A stretch of DNA of 64,000 nt from Takakia lepidozioides. Its lineage: Eukaryota; Plantae; Bryophyta. The notes under the pieces are model-generated. The model made no database searches and was not told the origin of the DNA. It worked only from the letters and a program-made list of their open reading frames with translations. Made by a program: the position numbers and the translations under genes. Position 1 is the stretch's first letter; every line of letters starts with the position of its first letter. Below, in pieces: positions 12,755-25,264 of this stretch. The stretch spans positions 86,180,001 to 86,244,000 of the forward strand of contig CM060731.1 in the NCBI GenBank assembly GCA_030704615.1, in the 5' to 3' direction.

Positions 12755-14014
12755 ACTGGTTACAACACTCCGGCTCCCTGGTCCCGCCACAATTTTACGT
12801 GCAGAACTTATGGCCATACATGACGCCCTATCTAGTCTCGCTAACTTCCCCCCACCTTACTATATCTTTACTGACAGCCTTACTTCCCTCTTCCTTATTA
12901 GAAACCACATAAACCACCCATCCTCCTACCACCACTATCCAGACCGCAATCTCATCACTGCCATAGTCCAACTAGCCCTCTCCAATTCCCATCCCATCCA
13001 CCTCCATAAAGTTTGCTCGCACACAAGGATACAGGGGAATGATGCTGCTGATCTATTTGCTCAAGCTGGAGCTACCAAACCCCCTATGGACCCATCGGAA
13101 GACCCTATTCACATTGCTCACACCCACCCATTTTGGTTCATACATCATGTCCCAGACCCACCTACACCTAGACCGGTTCGCAACCTACTCGTCACTCTCA
13201 CCAGGGAAGCCAACATACAAGCTACTGCATCAATAAGCCACACTAAAGTTCATATCCAAAAATGGACACAATTCAATGTGCTTCACCATAAACTATCAAA
13301 CCACTTCTGGAATACCAAAATCACCACAGCCGCACAAATACGACAAACCCTCAAATTCAGATACGCCTGACATGGGACATCAACGCAAACACATTTTCTG
13401 GCCACAACTTTATCCATCTCCGTACTGCCCACTCTGTTCAAACACCCACCAAGAACGGGACACATGGCCACACTTACTTAGCCAATGCACACACCTTATC
13501 ATACACGGCCTCCGCATTACCCATCACAACCAAGCAGTATGGCATATCCACAACTGCTTCTCAGCCGCACTGAAACCAGATGGTACACACTCCTAAATGC
13601 AGGCACATACCAAGGCCGCCCACCCGATCACATTGTCCCACCATGGCTTCTTCCATGCACATGCACATCCCCAACCTGCGCCTGCCCCGCTAGGCTCTGC
13701 CCGGATATCTTACTGGTACAGGGCTTATCCACGACAGCCTCACCGCCTAACATGCCCATTGAGTTCACATACTGCCATGACCGCTACCCACAAGACTCTA
13801 TCCTGGAAAAGCGGCAAAAATACGCCCCACTCATCTTAGCTATCCGCCGACACGGCTGGCGCACTGGTCCTCTAACCGTCATCACGGCGGGTACAAGAGG
13901 CGGCATTCACAATGCCAGCATCAATGACCTGCATAACAACTTTCAAATCCCTATCTCCCTTATCCATAAATGTTTTCAAGCCATACACCTCACAGCTATC
14001 CGCTCTCTCACAGC
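12755..14014 (+). mobile_element. 5'-truncated non-LTR retrotransposon, RNase H + CCHC + RLE (Dualen/RandI-like)
   Basis: RAELMAI, IFTDSL, KVCSH..IQGNDAAD (RNase H); CPLC..DTWPHLLSQC, HNQAV, PDILL, IEFTYCHD..EKRQKY (RLE). Two frameshifts. Confidence 0.8.
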
Positions 14015-14297
14015 CAACGACGCTACCGCGTGAGCCTGGCACGTGAGCGTGTGAGCGTACGCTCACACAATGATGACGTGGCGTGAGCCTACGCTCACGC
14101 TGCTGACAAATTGCGCTGATGCTGACGTGGCGTGAGCCTGGTCCAGGTCATGCCACGTCACCACAAAGAAGGTGGGCCTATAACCGTGGAGCCCCCAACT
14201 GCTGATTTCACCACATGAAGGTGAAACGGATGAAGGGTTTTGGGCTTCTGGAGTTCAACCTTCTGTTAACAGGAGCTTCATTTCGTAGAACTGAAAT

Positions 14298-14490
14298 GAA
14301 CCTCGTGTCGACACAAGGGGGATTTGGAGAACTTCAACAAAACCTCGTGTTAACACAAGGTTGTTTTCTTGGAACAAAAATGAACTTCGTGTTGACACGA
14401 TGTTGTTTTCTGAGAACTAAAATCATCCTTGTGTCAACACAAGGAGGATTTGGAGAACTTCAAGTAAACCTCGTGTTGAGACGAGGTTGA
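14298..14490. repeat. 5 x ~42-bp subterminal repeats with palindrome AACCTCGTGTTAACACAAGGTT
   Basis: Copies at ~14299, 14341, 14383, 14425 and 14468. Confidence 0.85.
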
Positions 14491-14670
14491 TTTGATCATC
14501 TGTCTATCTGAAGGTAGTTTCTTGTGTTTGCTAATGAAAAGAGAATGACAAACCAATGCGACAAATGCATTGACCCACGCATAGCAAAGATGTTAGACGT
14601 CATACATTGAGAGTCACTGGACTTGAATAGTCATTCCATTACAAGTTGTAGTCAAGGAAAACACCGATTT

Positions 14671-17600
14671 TTATGGGCTTGTATCTCGCTGTAGAAGTGT
14701 GTTGACTTCGTTGAAACTCATAGTGGCTTGGTGAATGAAGAAGTCGCGCTTTGGATCACAAACCATCCTTCTCAAGAAGACGAAGTAAAGGTGTTTGCAC
14801 GGTATGAACTTCCCTCTCTTTCCCAAACTACTTGAAAGCATACCAACAAAATCTGGACATGTACAATTGGGAAAATTGGAAACAGTGATTTCGTACTTCC
14901 TGTCCTGCAGCGCAGATGCGGATGAGATCATGGTGAAGACCCGACCATAACCTGGATCAGGCACTTCCATTGTTCCCGCAACACGAGCGTGAAGCATTCT
15001 GGCGGACTCAATTTTGCCGTAGTGTTCTGCGGTTGGAGGGAATCGTCGAACAAGCTTCCCGTTCCGTCTGGTTGGCCACAAGTGAGCGTCAGGCGGAGGT
15101 ACCCTTGAACCGCTTCCACTTGAAGCACCTTCACGTGCAATGGAATGTCTGGCTAGGGAGAAACCCGCCTCTTCCAGCATTGCAATCTCTCGGTGAGTGA
15201 GACCTGTGCCCATCTTCACAGGCCACACGGTTGGTGGAGTAGGCTTCCTTACCACGGAAGGCCTCACTGTACCATGCACACATCTCCCACAATCGTCAGC
15301 GCAGAACCAGAACTTGTGGTTCTTTGCCTCGCCTTGTCCGTAAGGGAGAAACAAACCCGTGAATGTAGGAGCTGCAGTGCGTTCTTTCCCTCTGGAGATT
15401 AATGATGTACATTTTTCATGATTGGTGGCCCTGATCGCCGCGCATTTCACACGAGATCCAGCACTTGTGCATTCTATATGCCAAACCTCGTCCAAGCCCA
15501 TGGACTCGATTATATGCGGCACCACGTTCTGGTCTTCAACCATTGCAGTGACAATGCTTGATGCAGGGGTCCGGTCTGGGCCAGAGTAGCCCTCACCTGT
15601 GGATGTTCCGCAATTCCATCTCTGATCCAAGGGAACACGTGGCGTCGAGAAGTTCACCCTGTCCGGCCTATGGGAATCTGCATCCGATCCGGGAGGGGTG
15701 TCCAATTTCCGTTTGCAAGACCCGAATCTCTCTTCGCCTTCCAGATGGGGAACTCTTCCCACGAGAGGGGTGCCATCTGCACATATGCTCACTGCCCGCG
15801 CTATTTTGCTGGGATCCCCTGATCTTCAGCTGCCCGCAACATCAACTCGCTCCTGTCCGGACCTTTGCCACCAAGGCCACCCCTCAAGAATGACCTATAT
15901 CTGGTTTGCTGCTGCAGAGCACGAATGAGGTCATCGGCCGTCGCCGCATACAAATCTCTCCTTTTTTGCCGGATTGCTGCAACCAGGCATTGTGCACTGT
16001 CTCTGCAAGATTGCAAGAAGGCATGTCCGCCATCTCCTCAATGGACATATGCTGCAAGGAAAAAAAACAGAAATCCGATATTAGGATTGGACCCTGAAAG
16101 ATATATCCGAAGCACCCAAACGAAGGTGAATACAAACCACTCACCGTTGTCATGGCCGCTCCCCACTGTCGGTAACGGAAGTGCCAAAATGCGAACCAGT
16201 CTTGCAGTGCCCTCATGCTGTCCTCCGATGCCGCTCCAGATGAGTACCACCAGGCACGAATTGTCTGGAACAATGTATTTGCTTCCCCCATAGTTTTGGC
16301 GTCCTTGTACTGGTTGCACAGTTGGCGATGCATAGTCTGCATATCTGGCTTGATGTATGTCTTTGTGTGTTTGTCCAGGGATTGTGTCCAATGGAAAAGA
16401 CATGTACGTTCTCTTCCAGGCATTGGCACTTTTGGGTCTCCCGTCCCGAACACAATGCGGACAGCGTTGAAGTTAGCTTGAGCACTATCGCCCATGAAAC
16501 CAACGAAATTGGGAGATGGGAGACCATTGGAGGCCATAACTCGAATGAGAGCTTCCCACATGAGCTGTTGTGAATCTGTGTCCTCTGACTGCATGTCACA
16601 CACTGCAATTGTCATGACCCGCTGGTACACAGGGTCGTAAACATGACATGCCATTGTGGTCCAGTCTTTAACCCTCTTGACATGATCGAACATAAGGAAG
16701 CAGTTGCCAAGATCACCACCCTTCTGCATACGTTTAACCAGGCTGACCCCGCTGCCCTCACCTTTTGTGGACATTTTGAACAAGAACACTTTCCTGGCTC
16801 CTTGTCCCGGGAAAACGCTGTCTTGGATGTAGTCATACATGCTCATTTTCTTCAAATCCATAATATTGTCCATATAACCTCGGCTCCCAGAGCCCATTCT
16901 TAAAGCGTTCACCTGATTCCTAATGTTTGGAGAAGTCAAAGTTGAGAAATGGTCCATAACAGTGTCCAAAGCCGATCCCTCCAGTATTCCTCCAACCGAA
17001 TTTGATGCACACAGAATACGGCTTTCCAGAAAGGACTTGCTCGCCCCCATGGCAATTGCAGATGTGGTTCCAGTTGGATTGGTATCCAACTCTTGCCTTA
17101 TCAGACGCGAGACTGTGTCAACGCTCTCCCTATAATCCCCCTTGGACACAGGGTGGTTGTGAAAACCGAAATGGACACAGGCTCTAGTCAGGGTTTTGAA
17201 TCGATGCACCACATAATACATTCTGGCGCCACACAAAGCAAGGCAGCAAGGTGGTACCCTACAGAACTTGCACACAAAAGTGTTACTGTATGGTGGTGTC
17301 ACCCCAGGCTTGAATGGATTCTCACTGACACCATCCCATTCGCTTTGGTTTTGCACACCTGACAATGCGAAGTGTCTGCATTTCATGTTCTCGCATTTCA
17401 GGTGCCCATTACAGACTGTTCGCCTGAATATGAGTTTGTCGTTGTTGTGAATATTGGAGGTTTTTGTGCGGCACCAAGGGTGCCCATCGTGCTTTTTGTC
17501 CATTCCTTCCAGGAGACTAGAAATGCCCCCCAAGCGACCAGGAGGAGGCAGCTCGAAAACAGTATTACCATCAAAAGATTCCGGCAAGAATGCCACCCTC

Positions 17601-18172
17601 TGAATATTGAAAGTGCTCCAGTCTATCCCCCTCAACTCACTCTTGAATCCTGCCATCCCTCCCATGGCTTTCAGTTTAGGAATGACACTGGTGATCTCCT
17701 CCACATCTGCTTCTACAGGTGGACATGGCTGATCCACGGGCGGTATTGCACATGTGTCATCGGAGGATGAGTCCGAAAGCTCAACTACAGTGTTAACGGT
17801 ACTCGTCTCCTTCTTGACAACCACGGGTGTTTTCTCCTGGGCCACTGATGCTGCCGTGCCAGGAGTAACGAAAGATCCTGCAGACTGTCTCAGAGGGGCA
17901 CTGAGCACCCTGTATCTGCCTGGAGGCACTCTCCATTGTGTGGCTGGTGCAGTATGCGAAGGTTTCTGGAACACGTACTTGAGCAGTTTTCCATTGGCAT
18001 CGTACACTTCCCTTTGAAGGAATAGAGTTCCATTTTCCAACCGAAACTGCGTTGCGAGGACGTGTTCATGCACCAGCGCAAAACCATCATCTTCCACCTC
18101 GTAAGAAAATGGCACAGGGTGGTCCTCACTGAAGAAGTCCGCGTCAAGGGAGCCCATGGCTTGGGAGGCCAT
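14671..18172 (-). CDS. MULE transposase of element B (GCM-like, DDE, SWIM); two apparent 1-nt frameshifts
   Basis: DGHPWCRTKTSN, CNGHLKC, CKFC, GFHNHP; MFDHVKR, FMGDSAQ, CLFHW, NLAETVH; CTCPDF...CKHLY. Intron 16144-16052 is at the same position as in the other transposase. Frameshifts near 15960 and 15825. Probable ATG at 18172. Confidence 0.9.
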
Positions 18173-18835
18173 ATGTCGATGTTGCTTCAGAAAGTAGAGT
18201 TCACAGTCCGACGGTGCTTGTGAATGCAAATTGTGTGGGAGCGGAGTTTTTGGCGTCCTCACAGAGAATTGCAGGTATCGCTCCGGCTTGCAGATCTCCT
18301 AACGCGGGTTTCCACTTTTGTGAAATGTCTCCCCATGCAAACCAAGCGCATGGTCACAGAGTGCCCAAATACGGAGTCCTTAATGTCAGCCCTAATCCTA
18401 GAATCCAACTGTTTTTTCACAAGTGCCCCACCAGTGCATTCGTTGACAGATTGACTGACAGAGCCGCCGTTTGGTTGTCATGTCAGAGAGCCCAGAAGAG
18501 ATGCCCATTTCCATTTAATTTTAACGGCACCTGCACCGCTGTACAACTGTACATACTTGACATTCCTCTGGAACATGCCAGAATAATGAACTTTTTCAGA
18601 TGGGAGGTGATTAGACCCCAACGGTTTTTGAATGGATGAGGATCCAATGATCTCCGCCGATATTTCATAACGATTAGATGGACACGTGTTTGCCATGCAT
18701 GTGGAATGAGTCAGTGGCGCACTGAACGTTGCAAGCAAACATCTTGGCGTTGAAGGCCTTGCGATGAACCTCCCATAGTCCTCTTTTTTCCCTCTTCTCG
18801 TTATTGTCTTTGCAACCCTGGATTCTGCAGAGACG

Positions 18836-21800
18836 GTGACCCCATTCCGAGGGAGAAGCAAGCGTCGAAGAACACTTTATTTCACATCAAAGAAGCAAAG
18901 GGCACGCGCTAAGGAGAGGATGAGGAAGGCGAGACGGGAACTTAGAATGGGAGAAGAAACATCCGGCGTAGAGGAAGACGAAGGGCAAAACAGGATTCTG
19001 CAACCGCAGTGTGGAGAGGAAGGTCTTGAAGTGATCCCGGAGGCGACCGATGAGCAACCTCCAATAGAAGGGGGGGAGGACGAGGAAGTGAGCTGGGCTC
19101 GGGAGGAAGCACTGCGAGTAGAGAAACAGGTCTTCAAAGAGCAGGGAGAACAAACGGACGCGGAAACGATGCCGTCTGCCCTTGTTTCGCACCATCGGGA
19201 CCTCCTTGGAAGCATGCTACCTCCAGACGAAATGGAAAGATTGAATGCGTCAGGAGCATCATCAAGTGCAAAGAAGAAACCGGAGGTGGCTATGAACTCT
19301 CTTTCTCTCTCTCTGATTCTTTCTGGTTCTTGCTAAGCATTGAGGTCGACATCAACCTTGCGTCAACGCAAGGTTGAAGTCGACCTCCCAAGTGTATATA
19401 TTGGGCATCAAAACAGTGCAGATGCTGCTCTACAATCAAGCTAGACAGACATGGATGCTTGCGACGCATCATCAAGTTCGAAGAAGAAGAAGAGACAGCA
19501 ATCTCCTTTTCCTGTAGCTTTTGTGTTTGTTCAACACCGATCCGAGAGCTCGCAATCAACCTTGCGTCAACGCAAGGTTGATGCCTACCTCCATGGTGTA
19601 TGATAGAACTTCTAGTGAAATGAACAGATGCCGCACATGAATCAACATTGCGTTGACGCAAGGCTGGTTTTGATGATTTTTTTGTTCAATGGAGGCGTCC
19701 GATCTCTCATATCCTGAAATGTAAGGTAGGGAAAGTTGATTAGTTGAAGCTCCCAAAAGAACCCTGCGTCAACGCAAAGCATTTTTTTGCTTGAAAAGTC
19801 TTTCCTGTATGCTTTTCAGTCTAAACTACATCCCCATCAATCAACCTTGCGTCAAAGCAATGTTGATCCATGGGTGCTCAATCTGTCACTCACAGATAAT
19901 TCATTCTGTGCAGAGGAAAAGAAAAAGGAAATCCGAGGGGGAAGATTTGGCCGCGTCAGAAGGTGAAGGTGAGGAAGATGCATTGGAGGGAAACTATGAA
20001 GACAAGGCCGAGGAGATAATTGGTGGGCAAAAAGTGAACTCGTCGAAGGTGATTCTGTCGATGGAGGTTCCGGGCGGAAACCTGGTCATTCCGCTGTGCA
20101 GGATGATCTCCATGCCCGCTGTTCGACCGGCTTTGAGGAATGATATAACGAAGTTGAAGAACGACTTTGTTCACGGCTATGTCAAGGGATCAGCAGTGTT
20201 CTACGTATCCACTATGAACACGAAAGGAGAGGAGTGTCTTGTAACAGAGGACATTGAGCAAGGTTGGGATGCATGCTGGCGGGATGTAAACAGGGAGTTC
20301 GAGTTCAAGCTGTCCAAAAAGGCCTCCACAAAAGCATTCATGGGAAAGATGTTTTTTGTCTGGGATGGGAACCACAGACTGCTTGCCTGGATGGATTACA
20401 TTTCAAGCTTGCACTCGGACGACATCGAATGGCACTGGAGCGTGGTTTCCATGGTTCTCGATCACAAAGGACGTGTCACGCAGCTCTTGACAGCCATGCA
20501 CGACATAAACAAGTAAGTTTCCAACTTTGTGTCTGTTACTTGTTTCGACAATTTGAAATCATCTTATGAGTTGAAGGTTTTTCCAGGTCCAATGAAACAT
20601 CACATGTGACGACCAATCTGTGCCACACTCTATTCCGCATCCAGAAGGTAGGGCTGATGCCACTGGAGTCATTCACGAACGTGCTCAGTCCTCAGCAGAT
20701 GAAGAGGTGTGCTGAGAAGAAGACAAGCACATGGTACAACTTGACAAGGGAGGCTTTTCTTGAGTACATGTACACTGTAAGTTTTTTGACACCTTTTGCC
20801 TGTTAATACTGCAAATTTTGTGATGAAATTGCAGTATTTGATTCTTTTTACCTGTTATGTATGCAGCAAGAAATAGCAGAAACTGGATTGAAGGCGAAAG
20901 CAGAGTACTATGATTCCCACACAGAAGAGCAGCGGTTGCAACTGGGCTTGAGGACATGATGAAGTTCGAGATGAAAAATCAAAGGAAGAACCTCATGAGT
21001 GCATTCGACAAACAGATCCGGATAGCAGACCCAGGTCTTGGCACGGAATTTCTGGAACAGGTGAAAGCACACTATGATAAGTATGGCTCCAAGCCAAAAA
21101 TGACTCAAGAGAAACTACATCGCCTTTCCATTTCAATGGTGGACAATGCAACCAAAATCAGGTGGTTGGAGATATGGAATTCGGATCCTCTTGTGAGAGA
21201 CACGAACATGTTCCCAACTCCAGAGAGGGACCCGAAGACACAAGCAATAAGAGTTGTTAGCGACCACACATTCGACCAGTGGCTACACAAAGCCACATTC
21301 TGGAGCCAGGTAAGGTTTGAACCAAACCATTTTCAGACATTTTTGATGCTCCGTAACCTCTCGAAAATTCTTACGAGCTTTCTTGTTGCAGTTAGAAAAA
21401 CGTGCAGTGGCTGCACTTGCTGAGTCGATGGCAGACTACAAAATCCAGATGGCTTGCCCCCGGATCACACTGGAGGCCTATATCAGGAATGGAAGCTCGC
21501 TGTCTGGAACAACTGCTTCTTCAGGGAGTTTGAGAAAGAGAAAGGAATCTCCAGGTCTTACGAATTCAAAAACCAGTACAACAGCGAGCAAGCAATGAAG
21601 CGAGTGTTGTACAGGTGTGACCTCCTTGAATCAAAATTGGTGCTTGAAGGGCATGTTTCTGCAATCTTGTGTCGTTCTTTCCATAAGGAATTGCGAATTT
21701 GCAGTGCTTTGCGAGATCTCTGAGGGCTCTGCATGTGCAGTCGAGCAACATTGCGTTAACGCAATGTTGTTTCCCATTGTCTTGGTTTCACTTACCTATA

Positions 21801-24544
21801 CCTGGGTATCCCATAATGCCGTTTTTCTGAATGTGAAAGGGATAAACTGACTGGAAAATCAGCCTTGCGTCAACGCAAGGTTGATGAAGTGTCAGGCTAT
21901 GTAGCTTTTCCTGTGGTTTTGGGCAGTTCAAATCCAGTTCCAATGCTGCCAAGATGAACATAAGTCTCTTTTGAGTCGGTTTGAAATGCTATTTTCAACT
22001 TTAACTGTACCAACAAACAGACTTGCGTTGACGCAAGGTTGTTTGGCGGTATGGATTGCTGGAAATTTCCCGCAGCCATCCACCTATTTCAATACAATTG
22101 TAGGAAACTTATGATTATCAGATACCATTGACATGTGTTTCAACACTCTCAACCCTAAAACAACCTTGCGTTGAAGCAATGTTGAATTGCGCTTCTCATT
22201 CGTTGTCTCTATCAATACAACATTATCATTTGGTGTTCCCCATTTCTGCTAGAATGAACATTGCGTCAACGCAAGGTTAATTCGGGATTTCAAAAGTAGA
22301 ATTCTCAGTGTTGCATTCCTGCATTTCAATATCTTTTTCCGGATGTGTGTTCTCTTTTGTTTTCTGATCGAATGACTGTCTGGGTTTTTTGTATGTGATT
22401 CAGGTATATGTATCATATCCTCATACCGGGAAAGTACCTTAGCGATGACCCAGACTTCATCTATTCATGGGCTGACCCCTCCAATGACAAGACAATGTAC
22501 ACGGCTGGTATTGCCAAAGACTGGAGCAGGGCGCACTTCCGAGACTGTGGATGGTACCTCGACCTGCCAAAACAGGACACCCCATTCGATGAAGTTGTTT
22601 TGAGAAACCTGAACGACAATGCCGCAGCGATTGCCCCATTGGCTGAGAAAGACATCCAGGACAGAATCATTTCGGCTCTGGCTGCAAAAGAGCCCGAGAA
22701 AACTGCTACTCCAAAACGAAAGGGGAAGGTTGTCGGGGATCCGAAGGGGAAGGGGAAAAGTGCAGCTCCGCAAGGACAGGGACCGTCAGAGGTTCCTGAA
22801 AGACAGCCTTCTCCCGCAAGGAGGGATAGGAGAACTTCAAAGTCCAGGGAGCAAGTTTTCGAGGCGAGAGAACATCCCTCCAGGGTTTTGGGCCAGTTCA
22901 ATCGTAAGGTGTTGAATGAAAGTTTTCTTTCAATGATGGAGTCGAGGAAGTCCACATTCAAAGGGGTGCCCTCGAAATCGTGGGACATGCTTGTTTCGTT
23001 CCTCACTCAGGTGAAAACTTATGTCTAAACTGTTGTATGAATAATTGTGTTTGGCAGCTTGTTGTGGCTTGTCCAGGGGATTGATCTCCTGTTAGATTTG
23101 GATTGGGCTTCTTACACTGTCTCATGTTTTTGGCTGTAGGTCACAAAAAGTCCGGAATGGGTGAATGGAGTTCAACAAGCATACGCGACTGACCTTGTGG
23201 TGCTGGACATTCCTGACGGTCTTCCTGTCCCTGATGTGTTTCCTTCCAATTCGACCCCGACTTGGAACAAATCAGATTCTCGTTACTGGCAGTGGGCTTT
23301 CTCGTTCAGCAACAAGTTCCTTTCGGACTCGGGGGCTCTTCTTCTCATGCAGTCAAAGGACATGTCGGCTCGAAGAACTCTTTTCAGCTACATGAAAGCT
23401 TCCGGGTTTCGTGTCATCAAAACTTGGACATGCATCAATACTCTGCCTCTTACGAAGGGCGAGTTCCCGGGGCAGAAAGTGAGTTGGTTCCTTTCAATTG
23501 ATGTTTCGTGGTTTTCCGGTAAATCAAAATGGTGGGTTATGTCTTCTGTCTCATTCTGTCTTCGTGATTAATGACAGACACGAGTGTTCGAAGCTTTGTG
23601 CCTGGTGAGGCGGACGGACACTCTTCCTGCTGGTGTTGCTGAGTTTCAGTTGAGGGACCTTGCAGCTCACATTGACCCCACCTGCGAGCCTGTGGAGGAT
23701 GATGTTATCTACAATTACGTCGACTCGGGTCGGACTATGAAAAGGTCGAATGGTGTCCCTTGGAGAGGTGCACGGGAGAAATCTCCAGCTTTCATGCAGA
23801 CTTTGGTGGAGACATGCAGCCGTCATGGTGGACGAGTGGTTGACTTGTCTATGGGCACAGGTGGGGCCCTTCACATTGTGTTTGACATATGGGCAGTGAC
23901 CTTAGGGAAACCCTGTTTTTATTTCTCGTTCTTCTTGGATTTGCAGGAGCATGTTTTCATGCTTGCAAGAGCGCCGGAAGGCACTTCTTCGGCATGGAAG
24001 CTGATACGGAGCTCTTCTCAAGCGAGCTTCGTCAGCTTGAGTCGGGCACTACTTCTGCCCCATCCACAGAGGGACTTCTAGAGGAGCCCGAAGCGCCTGA
24101 CGAGGATCTGGACGTGGACTCCGATTTTGAGTGTGAGTAAGTTCTTGTGTAGTCGTGCAAAATATGTTGCATTTCCTTGTGTCGTTCCCATTCGAGAAAT
24201 AGTGGCTTTCGTTGTCTATATCTGGATGTTAACATCTACCACCATTCCTCTTCTTGCTTTGCAGAGTTCAGCACCAGTCATCGAATCAACAGACGCCTTT
24301 CGGTTTCCAAGGATACTACATGTCCCCGAGCCCCCCTAGATCCAACCGCTTGCCGGTTTACGCGGAAGCTTGCGCACGGGTATTATCCGAACAAACACTG
24401 TACTCGCATCTCCATGAAGGTCGAGGAAAAAAAAACCGTCATGGATGTGCTGCTGTATTCATAGATGATATTGCTGTACACTCTGGAAGTGGTTCCTCTG
24501 AAACCTCCAATATTTCTTTAGGTTCAAGTACCGAGGCTCAATAA
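18836..24544 (+). CDS. Cargo gene: ParB/Srx-like domain + unknown middle region + beta-class N6A/N4C DNA methyltransferase-like domain (~1200 aa)
   Basis: Exons ~18836-19285, 19914-20512, 20587-20776, 20867-21309, 21392-21614, 22404-23010, 23140-23478, 23578-23860, 23947-24136, 24265-24544 with phase-compatible GT/AG borders. Motifs VWDGNHRLLAW; DLVVLDIPDG, LSDSG, EKSPAFMQTLVETCSRHGGRVVDLSMGTGAC..AC..AGRHFFGMEAD. Apparent frameshifts near 20925 and 21483; start codon uncertain. Confidence 0.85.
19350..19865. repeat. Intron-1 palindromes AACCTTGCGTCAACGCAAGGTT (5 copies)
   Basis: Copies at ~19354, 19558, 19645, 19760 and 19843. Confidence 0.9.
21745..22280. repeat. Intron-5 palindromes AACCTTGCGTCAACGCAAGGTT (5 copies)
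   Basis: Copies at ~21748, 21861, 22020, 22161 and 22258. Confidence 0.9.
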
Positions 24545-24982
24545 ATTGTATTTTGGTTTTGCTTCCATCTCCAAACTGTTTTTCAAGTTCTTTGCGCGTT
24601 CCCGTAAGTACAGTTGGGGATTGCCTAAAATAGGTCTTCGGATTGCGGAATTGAAAAATGATTGTGTGTTGGAATGAATGTATTGCTTTGCCCAAAAAAT
24701 ATGTTTGCTTTTAATATTCAGTTCTCTAGTGGACGATCTCCTCATTCCAAAGTCATGACCTCAATCATAATTCATCCGCAAACCTGCCATTGTTCTCGGC
24801 CACAAAGAATATTCATGTGGGGGCCTTGAAGAGGGATAAAAAATTAGGACATAGGCGACAGCTGATCCACGGTAATAGGGGGGGTAAGCACGGAATTACG
24901 GCCTGAACACGTGGAAGCTTGCTGACGTGGCGTGAGCCTAGCCAGGCTCACAGGCTCACAGGCTCACGCGCAAGCATTCCCC

Positions 24983-25262
24983 TCTCACAGCTATCATCAC
25001 CAACAAACGTAAGCTTGAATATAACCCTACAACAATACTCTAGTCGCCCCCGGGGGGAACCCCCCCCCTCCCTCTCCTCCCCTCCCCCCCTGCCGCCCGC
25101 AACCATACCTCACCGGCACATAACGCATTCACACCTCTGGTTACTCGGTGTCCAACCAGGACACCTGTTTTATTATAGGGCCCACCCCCAACAGGGGGCA
25201 GTATCCGAAAGGTGAAGTGGCTCTTAGTTACGCCGGCTTGGCCGGAGTCTTCTCTCTCTCTC
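24983..25262 (+). mobile_element. 3' remainder of the RLE non-LTR element
   Basis: Continues the frame interrupted at 14014, then a C-rich UTR ending in (CT)n. Confidence 0.7.
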
Positions 25263-25264
25263 TG

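Larger units (their letters stand above)
14015..24982. mobile_element. Complete MULE element B (~10.97 kb) with transposase and ParB-MTase cargo
   Basis: TCTCACAGC duplicated at 14006-14014 and 24983-24991. Removing the insert restores the LINE frame RSLTA-IITNKRKLE. Short imperfect inverted ends with CGTGAGC repeats. Confidence 0.93.

Noticed and set aside
18836-24544. Bacterial or phage contamination explaining ParB-MTase
   Set aside because: The gene has conserved GT-AG introns and lies in a TSD-bounded eukaryotic transposon contiguous with plant sequence.
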